64,000 bases of DNA, taken from Candidatus Aenigmatarchaeota archaeon. Lineage in GTDB: Archaea > Aenigmatarchaeota > Aenigmatarchaeia > QMZP01 > QMZT01. The first letter of the stretch is position 1. Every line of letters starts with the position of its first letter. The stretch spans positions 416,001 through 480,000 of the forward strand of contig CAVSBQ010000002.1 of the NCBI GenBank assembly GCA_963726265.1. Direction: 5' to 3'. Positions 18,859-28,148 of the stretch are shown one piece after another. Under the pieces are notes generated by a model. That model did no database searches and was not told where the DNA came from. It saw only the letters and a list, made by a program, of their open reading frames with translations. Both the position numbers and the translations under genes were made by a program.

Positions 18859-19674
18859 ATGCACTCGTTGCCTGTATTCGATTTGAGCGGGAAGGAAACC
18901 GGCAAGATTTCCCTACCGCAGGCTTTCTCGGAGAAAGTCAGGCACGACATAATACAGAAAGCGGTCGTCGCCGAAGCGAGCAAGCTGCGCCAGCCGTATG
19001 GCAGCGACCCGCTCGCAGGCCATCGAACGTCGGCTCATTACCACGGCATGCGCCACAGGAATGACACGCAGATGAACAGGGAGATGTCGCGCATGCAGAG
19101 AATCCATGGCCAGGGCTATCTCAACATGACCGCGCGCTTCGTGCCGCAGGCCGTGAAGGGGAGGAAGGTAAATCCGCCGACGGCCGAAAAGATATGGAAG
19201 CTGAAGATTAACAAAAAAGAACGCATCAAGGCACTGAAAGCGGCGCTTTCCGCGACGCTTGACAAGAGCCTCGTCGCCAAGAGGGGCCACATGATTTCGA
19301 ACGTCATACACGTCCCGCTGATTCTCGAGGATGACTTCCAGAAGATAAACAGGACGAGCGAAGTGGTAAAAATCCTCGAAAAGCTCGGCTTCTCTGACGA
19401 GCTTAAGAGATGCGGCCAGAGGAAGATAAGGGCCGGCCGCGGCAAGATGAGGGGCAGGAGATACAGGGTGAAGAAAGGCCCGATTGTGATAATAGGCAAG
19501 GACGAAGGCGTGCGCAGGGCGCTGGAGAACATTCCCGGCGTTGACGTGTCGCTTTCGAAAGAGTTGAATGTGCGATTGCTCGCACCGGGAACGCATCCGG
19601 GAAGGCTGGCGATTTTCACCAGAGCGGCGATAGAAGAGCTCAAGGGACTTGATTCTTATGGAAAAGCAAAGTAA
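18859..19674 (+). CDS. rpl4: 50S ribosomal protein uL4
   Basis: RQPYGSDPLAG, VPQAVKGR, RAGRGKMRGRR, LAPGTHPGRL. Confidence 0.97.
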   Translation: MHSLPVFDLSGKETGKISLPQAFSEKVRHDIIQKAVVAEASKLRQPYGSDPLAGHRTSAHYHGMRHRNDTQMNREMSRMQRIHGQGYLNMTARFVPQAVKGRKVNPPTAEKIWKLKINKKERIKALKAALSATLDKSLVAKRGHMISNVIHVPLILEDDFQKINRTSEVVKILEKLGFSDELKRCGQRKIRAGRGKMRGRRYRVKKGPIVIIGKDEGVRRALENIPGVDVSLSKELNVRLLAPGTHPGRLAIFTRAAIEELKGLDSYGKAK

Positions 19675-20026
19675 ACAACCGGAAAAGGTAGCGAGACAGG
19701 AGAAGGAAGCCGGGCAGGAGAAAGGCAAGGGAACGAAGGCTGAAGCGAAAATCCAGAAAAGATTCAAAGAGGTCTGGGACATCCTGGTTTACCCGCATCT
19801 TACCGAAAAGTCGATGAACATGGTCGAGCTGGAAAACAAGCTCGTTTTCATAGTCAGCAAGAAAGCGGACAAAGAGGAGATAAAGGAAGCGATAGAGAAG
19901 GAGTTCGAGGTCAAGGTCATGTGGGTCAGGACTGAGATAACGACCCGCGGGCAGAAGAAGGCGTATGTCAAGATAAGCCCTGAATTCTCGGCCGCGGACA
20001 TCGCGTCTAAGCTTGGGATGATATAA
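19658..20026 (+). CDS. rpl23: 50S ribosomal protein uL23
   Basis: YPHLTEK, ENKLVFIV, KKAYVK. Confidence 0.96.
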   Translation: MEKQSKQPEKVARQEKEAGQEKGKGTKAEAKIQKRFKEVWDILVYPHLTEKSMNMVELENKLVFIVSKKADKEEIKEAIEKEFEVKVMWVRTEITTRGQKKAYVKISPEFSAADIASKLGMI

Positions 20027-20044
20027 AAATCATGTTGATGTAAT

Positions 20045-20716
20045 ATGGGAAAAAGGATAAGGGCGCAAAGGAAGGGGCGGGGAACGCCTACTTACAGGGT
20101 TCCGAGGCGGGGAAAGATTATTAATGTCGAATACAGAACGTTCGGCGGCATCGTAGTCGACATAGTCGACGAGCAGACCAGAAACACGCCGCTTGCAAAG
20201 GTCAGGTATTCTGACGGTAAAGTAAGCTACCTTCTAGCCCCGCTTGGCGTGAGGGTCGGCGACAAGACCGATTTCATCAAGACGCTGTCGGATATTCCGA
20301 TAGGTGCCCAGGTGTTCGGCATAGAGATGTTCCCGTACTCCGGACCAAAGCTCTGCAACACGCCCGGGACTTTCGCGACCGTGCTTTCAAAGGACGAGAA
20401 AAACTGCATAGTTACCCTGCCTTCGAAGAAGACGAAAGAGTTCAACCTCAACTGCAGGGCAAGCATCGGAACGCCCGCAGGCGACGGCCTGAAGGACAAG
20501 CCGTGGATGAAGGCGGGCAAAAAATGGATTGCCATGCACAGGAAAGGCAAGCTTTACCCGAGAACGTCGGGGGTCGCGATGAACGCGCTCAACCACCCGT
20601 TCGGCGGTCCCACGAAACCGGGCACGCCCAAGACCGTGAGCAGGCATGCGCCGCCCGGGGCGAAAACCGGGTCATGGGGCGCAAGAAGGTCAGGGAGGAG
20701 AAGGGGTAAGGTATAA
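20045..20716 (+). CDS. rpl2: 50S ribosomal protein uL2
   Basis: MGKRIRAQRKG, GVAMNALNHPFGG. Confidence 0.97.
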   Translation: MGKRIRAQRKGRGTPTYRVPRRGKIINVEYRTFGGIVVDIVDEQTRNTPLAKVRYSDGKVSYLLAPLGVRVGDKTDFIKTLSDIPIGAQVFGIEMFPYSGPKLCNTPGTFATVLSKDEKNCIVTLPSKKTKEFNLNCRASIGTPAGDGLKDKPWMKAGKKWIAMHRKGKLYPRTSGVAMNALNHPFGGPTKPGTPKTVSRHAPPGAKTGSWGARRSGRRRGKV

Positions 20717-20746
20717 AAAGGGTAGTGACAAGCTTAATGTGATGCT

Positions 20747-21127
20747 ATGGCGAAATTTGAATTCCGCGGCAAAAGCTTCGAGGCAATAAAAGAGATGAAC
20801 CTGGAGGAGTTCAGCATGATGCTGAAGTCGCGCCAGCGCAGAAGCCTTAAACGCGGCCTGACGGAGAAGCAGAAGAAGCTGCTCGAGAAGATAAGGAAGA
20901 ACCCGAAGAAATTCCACAGAACCATGAGCAGGGATATGATCATTCTGCCGGAAATGGTCGGCGTTAGGATAGGCGTCCACAGCGGCAAGGAATACGTGGC
21001 GCTAGACATAAAGCCGGAGATGCTGGGCCATCGCCTAGGGGAATTTGTCATGACCAGGAAAACGGTCAAGCACTCCGCACCCGGTTTCGGCGCCACCAGG
21101 TCTTCGAAGTTCGTGCCGCTCAAGTAA
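20747..21127 (+). CDS. rps19: 30S ribosomal protein uS19
   Basis: [30 protein letters not shown]. Confidence 0.97.
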   Translation: MAKFEFRGKSFEAIKEMNLEEFSMMLKSRQRRSLKRGLTEKQKKLLEKIRKNPKKFHRTMSRDMIILPEMVGVRIGVHSGKEYVALDIKPEMLGHRLGEFVMTRKTVKHSAPGFGATRSSKFVPLK

Positions 21128-21136
21128 GTGATTATT

Positions 21137-21520
21137 ATGTTGAAATACGCGCTCGAGCTCAATCCGAAGAAATCGGCGAAAGCGTATGGCAGGGCGCTTA
21201 ACATCTCCACGAAGCATTCCGTCATCGTGTGCCGCGCGGTTTCAGGCATGAACCTTGTGAAGGCGAAAAGCCTGCTCCAGGACATGCTGGACGGCAAAAG
21301 GAGCATGGAGGGGAAATATTACACGAACGTGACCACGGAGATGCTGAACCTCCTGAAATCGGCCGAGTCGAACGCGGAGTTCAAGGGGCTTGACACGGCG
21401 AGGCTGATAGTGTTCGCGTCCGCGCACCAGGGCTTCACGTTCCACAGGCCGAGGCGGACGAAAATGAAGAGCATGGAGAAGAAGGTGACGAACCTGCAGG
21501 TTGTCCTGCAGCAGAAGTAG
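21137..21520 (+). CDS. rpl22: 50S ribosomal protein uL22
   Basis: AKAYGRALNISTKHS, SAESNAEFKGLD; operon position. Confidence 0.95.
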   Translation: MLKYALELNPKKSAKAYGRALNISTKHSVIVCRAVSGMNLVKAKSLLQDMLDGKRSMEGKYYTNVTTEMLNLLKSAESNAEFKGLDTARLIVFASAHQGFTFHRPRRTKMKSMEKKVTNLQVVLQQK

Positions 21521-21543
21521 GCTGATATGGAAAGTGGAAAATT

Positions 21544-22194
21544 ATGCTGATGAAAAAGTTTTTCGTGGATTATGCGGTAAGGAAGACGAAGATAGAGGCT
21601 TTCATAAAGGCTTACCTGCCTGATGAAAGCTATTCAAAAATCGATCTCGAAAGGACGCCGCTCGGCGTGAAGATAATCATACACACAGACAGGCCGGGCA
21701 GGATAATAGGCTCGGGCGGCAGGAAGATAAACGAGATGACGGACAAGCTGAAGGAGGTCTTCAAGCTCGAAAACCCGCAGGTCGACGTCAAGTCGATAGA
21801 ACGCCCGGACCTTGACGCGAAAATCATAGCCAAGAAGATAACGGCCGCGCTGGAGAAGGGCTACAACTACAAAAAAATAGGCAACATCATGATGAAGAAG
21901 GTAATGGACGCGGGCGCGGTGGGCGTTGAAATAGTGATAGCGGGAAAGCTTGGCGGCTCCAAGGGGAGGACTGGCAAATTCATACGCGGCTACATGAAGC
22001 ACTGCGGCCAGCCGGCGAAGGAGCTTGTCGATTACGGTTTTGAAGAAGCGGAGACGAAACCTGGAAAGATCGGGGTGAAGGTCAAGATAATGAAGTCCGT
22101 GCCGATACTGGCAACGGACAAGCCCGAGCCAAAGGAAACCAAGAAGGAAAAGGATAAAAGCCGGGAAACGAAAAATAAAGAAGAGCAGGTTTAA
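21544..22194 (+). CDS. rps3: 30S ribosomal protein uS3
   Basis: RTPLG, RPGRIIG KH domain, GKIGVKVKI. Confidence 0.97.
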   Translation: MLMKKFFVDYAVRKTKIEAFIKAYLPDESYSKIDLERTPLGVKIIIHTDRPGRIIGSGGRKINEMTDKLKEVFKLENPQVDVKSIERPDLDAKIIAKKITAALEKGYNYKKIGNIMMKKVMDAGAVGVEIVIAGKLGGSKGRTGKFIRGYMKHCGQPAKELVDYGFEEAETKPGKIGVKVKIMKSVPILATDKPEPKETKKEKDKSRETKNKEEQV

Positions 22195-22199
22195 TGTTT

Positions 22200-22397
22200 A
22201 TGGCGATTCTGAGAATCAAAGACATAAGAAAAATGGACGACAAGGAGCTCGAAAAGCACGTAAGGAACCTTAACCTTGAACTTTCTAAGGAGCGCGCCAA
22301 CATCCACATAGGCGCATCCGTGACGTCGCCTGGCAGGCTGAGGGAGATTCGAAGGACATTAGCCAGGATAAAGACCATCAAGAACGAGAAAAGGTAA
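22200..22397 (+). CDS. rpl29: 50S ribosomal protein uL29
   Basis: MAILRIKDIR..., PGRLREIRRTLARIKT. Confidence 0.96.
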   Translation: MAILRIKDIRKMDDKELEKHVRNLNLELSKERANIHIGASVTSPGRLREIRRTLARIKTIKNEKR

Positions 22398-22490
22398 GAA
22401 TGAAAGCTGACGCGAATTCGCGGCGGACTGGCTCTCCGAATTCTAGCTGTATGTTCATATTCTCTGGAAAAAGGAGCGTGGGATCGGAAA

Positions 22491-22796
22491 ATGACTGAAA
22501 TATGCCCAAACTGCGGTCTGCCCAGGGACATCTGCGCCTGCGAAACGATAGCGAAGGAAGAGGAAAAGGTGAAGGTGTCCTCGATAAGGAAGAGGTTCGG
22601 CAAAAGCGTGACGACCATCGCAGGCATAAGCAGGGACGTGGACATGAAGAACGTCCTCAGGGAGCTGAAGACTAAGCTCGCATGCGGAGGCACCATGAAG
22701 GACGGCGTAATCGAGCTGCAGGGAGACCACAGGAAGAAGATAAAAGACATTCTGGTGAAAATCGGCTTCCCGCCGGAAAAGATAGAGGTTTCGTGA
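22491..22796 (+). CDS. sui1: Translation factor aIF1/SUI1
   Basis: CPNCGLP, LACGGT, IELQGDHR. Confidence 0.97.
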   Translation: MTEICPNCGLPRDICACETIAKEEEKVKVSSIRKRFGKSVTTIAGISRDVDMKNVLRELKTKLACGGTMKDGVIELQGDHRKKIKDILVKIGFPPEKIEVS

Positions 22797-22894
22797 ATCC
22801 GTAAAAACCTGACGCCACGAAGGGATAGATTTTCACAACCCTTGGATTCCTTATTTTATATTAATTGCTGCGCCAATCTTAACTGTGATTGTCC

Positions 22895-23173
22895 ATGAGA
22901 ACTCCTGAGAATCTGGTGAGGCACGAGCTCATAGGCCTGAGGGTCAGGGTGGCTGAAAGCCTGAACCCGAAAAGCGCGGGGCTTAGCGGGAAGGTTGTGG
23001 ATGAGACCAGGAACACGTTCGTGATAGAAAAGGCGGACGGGAAGGAGGTCACGCTCTCCAAGGAAGAGCACGTTTTTTCTTTCGAGATCGGTTCTGCCTG
23101 GGTGAAGATAGACGGCAGGCTGCTGGTCGCCAGGCCGGAGGACCGCATCAGGAAAAAATTCAGGAAGTGGTAA
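22895..23173 (+). CDS. rnp1: RNase P protein Rpp29
   Basis: HELIGL, GKVVDETRNT, RPEDRI. Confidence 0.95.
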   Translation: MRTPENLVRHELIGLRVRVAESLNPKSAGLSGKVVDETRNTFVIEKADGKEVTLSKEEHVFSFEIGSAWVKIDGRLLVARPEDRIRKKFRKW

Positions 23174-23293
23174 TGCGGGCTTAATGCAGGCGGAATCACT
23201 TTTATAAATATTGTTATTAGTATATCTCCATACTACCTGTCCATATATATTTAAATAATAGATTCATCAATTATTGGATTACAGGCAAAGATT

Positions 23294-23647
23294 ATGAAAG
23301 CCATAAAAGTCGCGAAAGCGAGGGACATAGGGCTCGGCCTTCCTGAGCCCAAGGAATCCTGCGAGGACATCAAGTGCGCGTGGCACGGCAGGCTGCCGGT
23401 GCGCGGCAGGGTTTTCAAGGGCGAAGTGAGATCGGCGAAGTCGAAGAATACGGTCATAGTCGAATGGGGCTACAACAGGTTCGTGAAGAAATACGAGAGG
23501 TTCGAGAAGCGCAAGTCGCGGGTCGTGGCGTATAACCCTCCATGCATGAAGGCAAAGGAAGGCGATACGGTAACGATAGCGGAATGCAGGCCACTCTCGA
23601 AGACGAAAAACTTCGTAGTGGTTAATGTTGCAAGAGGCAAAAAATGA
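23294..23647 (+). CDS. rps17: 30S ribosomal protein uS17
   Basis: CAWHGRLPVRG, KYERFEKR, ECRPLSKTK. Confidence 0.97.
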   Translation: MKAIKVAKARDIGLGLPEPKESCEDIKCAWHGRLPVRGRVFKGEVRSAKSKNTVIVEWGYNRFVKKYERFEKRKSRVVAYNPPCMKAKEGDTVTIAECRPLSKTKNFVVVNVARGKK

Positions 23648-24042
23648 AGGGCATACCGACCAAGATGGCATACGGACTTTTCACCAAATCCAGGCTCAAA
23701 TGCGCCGACAACAGCGGCGCCAAGATACTGGAAATCATAGCAGTCAAAGGCTACAAAGGCCGCAGGAGAATGCGGCCGAAAGCCGGCGTGGGAGGCCTCG
23801 TCTTCTGCAGGGTTTACAGCGGTGAGGAGAAGGTAAGGCATCAGGTATTCCGCGCCGTGATTATCAGGCAGAGAAGGGAATTCAGGCGCGCGGACGGCAT
23901 ACGCGTCCAGTTCGAGGACAACGCGGCTGTCATAGTTGACGAGAAGGGCGATCCCAAGGGAACGCAGATAAAGGGGCCTGTCGCCAAGGAAGCGATAGAA
24001 AGGTTCCCGACTGTGGGCAAGATCGCGACGATAGTGGTGTAG
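23644..24042 (+). CDS. rpl14: 50S ribosomal protein uL14
   Basis: CADNSGAK, FEDNAAVI, GPVAKE. Confidence 0.97.
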   Translation: MKGIPTKMAYGLFTKSRLKCADNSGAKILEIIAVKGYKGRRRMRPKAGVGGLVFCRVYSGEEKVRHQVFRAVIIRQRREFRRADGIRVQFEDNAAVIVDEKGDPKGTQIKGPVAKEAIERFPTVGKIATIVV

Positions 24043-24043
24043 C

Positions 24044-24496
24044 ATGAAAACGTGGTCAAAAAACTGGGTTTCGAGCGTGCAGCCGAGGAAGCAGAGGAAA
24101 TACAGGTATAACGCTCCCATGCACGTGAGGCAGAAATTCGTTTCCGCCCACCTCTCCGAAGCCCTGCGCGGCAGGTTCGGGCGTCGCTCTTTGCCGCTGA
24201 GGGCGGGCGATGAAGTCAAGATCATGCGCGGCTCCAAAAGCGGCTTCAAGGGCAAGGTGGACAACATTGACCTGAAGAGGAGCAAGATTTATGTTGAAGG
24301 CTTCAACGTGAAAAAGGTCGACGGCTCGGAAGTTCTCAGACCGATCGACCCGTCGAATCTTCTGATAGTCGAACCGAAGATGGACGACAAGAGAAGGCAG
24401 ATGATTGTTGAAAGGTCAAGGGGCCGGGAAAAGAAGGCCAATGGAGAAAAGGCTAAAGCCAAGGAAGCCGGAAAGGCGAAAGAGAAGAGTGAATGA
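24044..24496 (+). CDS. rpl24: 50S ribosomal protein uL24
   Basis: QPRKQRK, GDEVKIMRG, PIDPSN. Confidence 0.97.
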   Translation: MKTWSKNWVSSVQPRKQRKYRYNAPMHVRQKFVSAHLSEALRGRFGRRSLPLRAGDEVKIMRGSKSGFKGKVDNIDLKRSKIYVEGFNVKKVDGSEVLRPIDPSNLLIVEPKMDDKRRQMIVERSRGREKKANGEKAKAKEAGKAKEKSE

Positions 24497-24498
24497 TT

Positions 24499-25176
24499 AT
24501 GCATCTCAAGAGATACTCAATACCGAAATACTGGAAGATGAGCAAGAAGGAACGCAAGTTCGTGATTGCCCCAAGGCCGGGACCGCACAGGAAGCTGGAA
24601 TGCATACCGCTTCGCGTGCTGCTCAGGGACGTCCTTAAAGTCTGCAGCGACGCAAGGGAAGCGGACAGCATGATAAGCAGGGGCGAGATACTGGTTGACA
24701 AGAAGGCAAGGAAGGACGCGGCGTATCCCGTCGGCCTGATGGACGTGGTTGAAATGCCGAGGGTGCACAAATGCTACAGGGTTTCAGTCCACAGGCAGGG
24801 GCTGTTCCTCGAGGAAATAACGCACGAGGAAGCCGCCAAAAAGCTGTGCAGGATACAGGGCAAGAGGAAGGTGCGCGGAGGCATGATACAGCTCAACCTC
24901 CACGACGGCAGGAACGTGCTCACGCAAAATAATGATTACAGGCCGAACGACTCGCTGCTCATAGAGCTGCCGGGCCAGAAAGTCCTCGAGCATTTCAAAT
25001 TTGACAGGAATTCCCCGGCCATGATAATAGCCGGAAAAAACCTCGGCGCAAAGGGCAAGATAAAGGAGATATTCGACCGCAAGACGATGATTGAAAGGAG
25101 CAGGATTGTCCTGCAGACGAAAGAAGGGGAGATAGAAACGGTCAAGCAATACGTTCTGGTTGGTGAAATCAAATGA
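24499..25176 (+). CDS. rps4e: 30S ribosomal protein eS4
   Basis: MHLKR, PRPGPH, PVGLMDV, HDGRN. Confidence 0.97.
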   Translation: MHLKRYSIPKYWKMSKKERKFVIAPRPGPHRKLECIPLRVLLRDVLKVCSDAREADSMISRGEILVDKKARKDAAYPVGLMDVVEMPRVHKCYRVSVHRQGLFLEEITHEEAAKKLCRIQGKRKVRGGMIQLNLHDGRNVLTQNNDYRPNDSLLIELPGQKVLEHFKFDRNSPAMIIAGKNLGAKGKIKEIFDRKTMIERSRIVLQTKEGEIETVKQYVLVGEIK

Positions 25177-25697
25177 GCCATACGAATCCGATGAGAGAGA
25201 TACGCCTGGAAAAGGTTACCATCAACATAGGCGCTGGGGAGGCGGGAGCGAAGCTCGAAATGGCGAAAAAGCTGCTCGAAAAGCTCTCCGGCATCAAAAT
25301 CGTCGTGACCAAGACTCACAAGAGGTCGACCTTCGGCGTCGCCAAGAACAGGCCGATTGGCGTCAAGGTCACGCTGCGCGGCGAGAAGGCGAAGGCGTTC
25401 CTTGTGAACGCGCTCAAGGCGAACGAGAACAGGCTGAAGCCGTCCCAGTTCGACAGCAGCGGCAACTTCTCGCTGGGCGTCAAGGAATACATCGACCTCC
25501 CCGGCATCAGATACGACCCGGAGATAGGCATCATGGGCATGGACGTATGCATCACGCTCACCAGGCCGGGATACGGCATAAGCAAGAGGATGATAAGGCC
25601 GAAAAAGGTCGGCAAGGCCCACAGGATAACGCCCGAGGAGGCGAAGGAGTGGGTGCAGAAGGAATTCAGCGTTAAAATAGGGGGAGAGGAAGAGTAA
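25173..25697 (+). CDS. rpl5: 50S ribosomal protein uL5
   Basis: [33 protein letters not shown]. Confidence 0.97.
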   Translation: MSHTNPMREIRLEKVTINIGAGEAGAKLEMAKKLLEKLSGIKIVVTKTHKRSTFGVAKNRPIGVKVTLRGEKAKAFLVNALKANENRLKPSQFDSSGNFSLGVKEYIDLPGIRYDPEIGIMGMDVCITLTRPGYGISKRMIRPKKVGKAHRITPEEAKEWVQKEFSVKIGGEEE

Positions 25698-25713
25698 GAT
25701 AGCAGGTGCCGTT

Positions 25714-25935
25714 ATGAGTTTCGAGAATGCCAAAAAGCAGATTCAGAACAAGCCGGTGAAACTGGCGAGGTTCATGAAATTCAACAAACCCAAGGACAGG
25801 AAATTCGGGCACGCGGCGAAGCCGTGCAGGCGCTGTGGCAAGACCGAAGGCGTCATACACAAATACGGCCTGTGCTACTGCAGGCAGTGCTTCAGGGAAG
25901 TCGCAAGGGAACTGGGCTTTGAAAAATTCCAGTGA
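25714..25935 (+). CDS. rps14: 30S ribosomal protein uS14
   Basis: CRRCG...CRQCFRE zinc motif. Confidence 0.96.
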   Translation: MSFENAKKQIQNKPVKLARFMKFNKPKDRKFGHAAKPCRRCGKTEGVIHKYGLCYCRQCFREVARELGFEKFQ

Positions 25936-25945
25936 GGTTTAGATT

Positions 25946-26332
25946 ATGAAACACGACACTTTGTCTGACATGTTCACGGTGATAAAGAACGCGGAGAGCA
26001 TCGGCAAGACGGAATGCACGGTGCCGAGTTCGAAAATCATAAAGGAAATACTCAAAATCATGCAGAAAAACAAATACATAGGCTCTTTTGAGTTCATAGA
26101 CGACGGCAAGAGCGGCAAGTTCAGGGTCGAGCTGCTCGGCAGGATAAACGACTGCGGCGCGATAAGGCCGCGCTTCTACATAAACAAAATGGAGTTCATA
26201 CAGTGGGAAAAGAAATTCCTCCCCTCAGTCAGCATAGGGATGCTTTTTGTCACCACGCCAAAGGGCGTGCTTGACCACAGGAACGCGAAAAAGGAAGGCG
26301 TCGGCGGGGCGCTGCTGGGCTACATTTACTGA
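25946..26332 (+). CDS. rps8: 30S ribosomal protein uS8
   Basis: GRINDCGAIRPR, TTPKGV, GGALLGYIY. Confidence 0.97.
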   Translation: MKHDTLSDMFTVIKNAESIGKTECTVPSSKIIKEILKIMQKNKYIGSFEFIDDGKSGKFRVELLGRINDCGAIRPRFYINKMEFIQWEKKFLPSVSIGMLFVTTPKGVLDHRNAKKEGVGGALLGYIY

Positions 26333-26335
26333 GCG

Positions 26336-26605
26336 ATGCTTATGACCATAGAAAAGGAAATCAAGGAAGCGATGAAGGAGAAGAAGCTGGTAATCGGCAG
26401 CGAAAAGGTCATCGAAGGCATAAAGCACAGCTCGATAAAATACGTCATCGTGCCTGTCAACTGCAGCGATGACATGCTCGGCGACCTGGCTTATTACGTC
26501 AAGAACTTCGGGGTCGAGAGGAAGAGTTTCGAAGGCAATTCCAGGCAGCTCGGCGAAATATGCGGAAAGCCGTTCAACATAATGCTGCTGGGCGTGAAGA
26601 AGTGA
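26336..26605 (+). CDS. rpl30e: 50S ribosomal protein eL30
   Basis: L7Ae fold, LVIGS, LGEICGKPF; upstream of nusA. Confidence 0.9.
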   Translation: MLMTIEKEIKEAMKEKKLVIGSEKVIEGIKHSSIKYVIVPVNCSDDMLGDLAYYVKNFGVERKSFEGNSRQLGEICGKPFNIMLLGVKK

Positions 26606-26606
26606 G

Positions 26607-27020
26607 ATGGTGCCAATGACGATAAAGCTGACCACCGAGGACGTGCGCGTCGTGGGAACCTTCGAGAGGCTTGTTGGCGTGCACGTAAGGGACTGCCTCA
26701 TGGACGAGGACACGGTTTACTTCCTCGTAGAGCCGGGCAACATGGGAAAGGCCATAGGCAGGAACGGCAGCCACATAAGAAGCATATCCAGTGCGCTGGG
26801 CAGGAAGGTCAAGATATTCGAATACGCGGACACTCCGGAAAAGCTTGCGCGCAGCCTCATACCGAACATTGGCTCGTTCGAGCTCAGCAACGAAGTGATA
26901 ACGATCACAGTGCCTGTATCCGACAGGTCCGCCGTAATAGGCAAGGGCGGCAAGAACATAAAGATGGTGAGGCAATTCCTCAGCAGGCACTTCAATATAA
27001 AGAATTTAAGGCTGAAATAA
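26607..27020 (+). CDS. nusA: Archaeal NusA
   Basis: Two KH motifs, AIGRNG and VIGKGG. Confidence 0.95.
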   Translation: MVPMTIKLTTEDVRVVGTFERLVGVHVRDCLMDEDTVYFLVEPGNMGKAIGRNGSHIRSISSALGRKVKIFEYADTPEKLARSLIPNIGSFELSNEVITITVPVSDRSAVIGKGGKNIKMVRQFLSRHFNIKNLRLK

Positions 27021-27054
27021 TATAAGATGATAATTCAAACTGGTGTTGATTGAT

Positions 27055-27483
27055 ATGGCAGGAACATTTGCGGCAAGGAACCTGAAGAGAAGAAGGAAAA
27101 GGTTCAAATGGATGTCTGACAAGAAGAAGAGGAAGCTGCTCAAGCTCTGGAAGAAAGGTCCTTTAAAAGGCGCGCCGATGGGCAAGGCCCTCGTGCTCAA
27201 GAAGAAGGGCATAGAGCAGAAGCAGCCGCACTCGGGCATAATAAAGGCTGTCAGATGCCAGCTCATCAAGAACGGCATACAGGTCACTGCATTCGTCCCC
27301 AGGACCGGGGCCATAAAGCACATAGACGAGCACGACGAAGTCCTTATCCAGGGTCTCGGCGCTTCGCAGGGAGGAGCGGTCGGCTCCATGCACGGCGTGA
27401 AGTTCAAGGTCGTTTCAGTCAACGGCGTCGCGCTGGCCGAAATCCTCAAAGGCAAGAAAGAGAAGGCCAAAGGGAGCGGATGA
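27055..27483 (+). CDS. rps12: 30S ribosomal protein uS12
   Basis: KQPHSG, QLIKNG, VTAFVP, IDEHDEV. Confidence 0.96.
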   Translation: MAGTFAARNLKRRRKRFKWMSDKKKRKLLKLWKKGPLKGAPMGKALVLKKKGIEQKQPHSGIIKAVRCQLIKNGIQVTAFVPRTGAIKHIDEHDEVLIQGLGASQGGAVGSMHGVKFKVVSVNGVALAEILKGKKEKAKGSG

Positions 27484-27486
27484 TAA

Positions 27487-28083
27487 ATGGCTGTTCTTCT
27501 TTTCAATAGGTGGGACTTCTCGAACGTCGAGTCCAGGGACCCCGGCCTCAAGAAATACATTAACCTGAGACCTGTGATAGTGCCGAAAACATGCGGCAGG
27601 TATGGCACGGTTTCGATACACAAGGCCAAGATGTGCATAGTCGAGAGGTTCATAACCAAGCTTTTCGTGCCGGGCCACAGGGGCAAGAAGCACAAGCTGA
27701 CATCAGGCCACGTCGTCGGCAATTACCAGAGGATTTTCGGCGCCTTGGTCGAGGCTTTCGATATCATAGACAAGAAAACCAAGAAAAACCCGATCCAGGT
27801 GCTTGTTGACGCCATAGAGAACGGCGCGCTCTACGAGGAGGTCATGGGTTACAGGATGGGAGGCATGATCGCGCGAAAGGCGGTAGTCGTCGCGCCACAA
27901 AGGCGACTGGACATATCGCTCAGGCTGATAGCCCAGAACATTTTTTCAAAATCATTCCATAGCAAGAAAACGTTCCCGCATGTCATTGCGGACGAGCTTA
28001 TCGAAATCGCCAGCAACGACCAGAGGAACAACGTCATCCGCGAGAGGCAGAGGATAGAGAAGGAAGCGGAAGGTGCCAGGTAA
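27487..28083 (+). CDS. rps7: 30S ribosomal protein uS7
   Basis: NPIQVLVDAIEN, PQRRLD, EKEAEGAR. Confidence 0.96.
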   Translation: MAVLLFNRWDFSNVESRDPGLKKYINLRPVIVPKTCGRYGTVSIHKAKMCIVERFITKLFVPGHRGKKHKLTSGHVVGNYQRIFGALVEAFDIIDKKTKKNPIQVLVDAIENGALYEEVMGYRMGGMIARKAVVVAPQRRLDISLRLIAQNIFSKSFHSKKTFPHVIADELIEIASNDQRNNVIRERQRIEKEAEGAR

Positions 28084-28148
28084 GCGGGGACGCTGTAAAA
28101 TTTATATGTGCTTATGCACAAAGTGAAGAAATTACGGACAGGTGTCAT

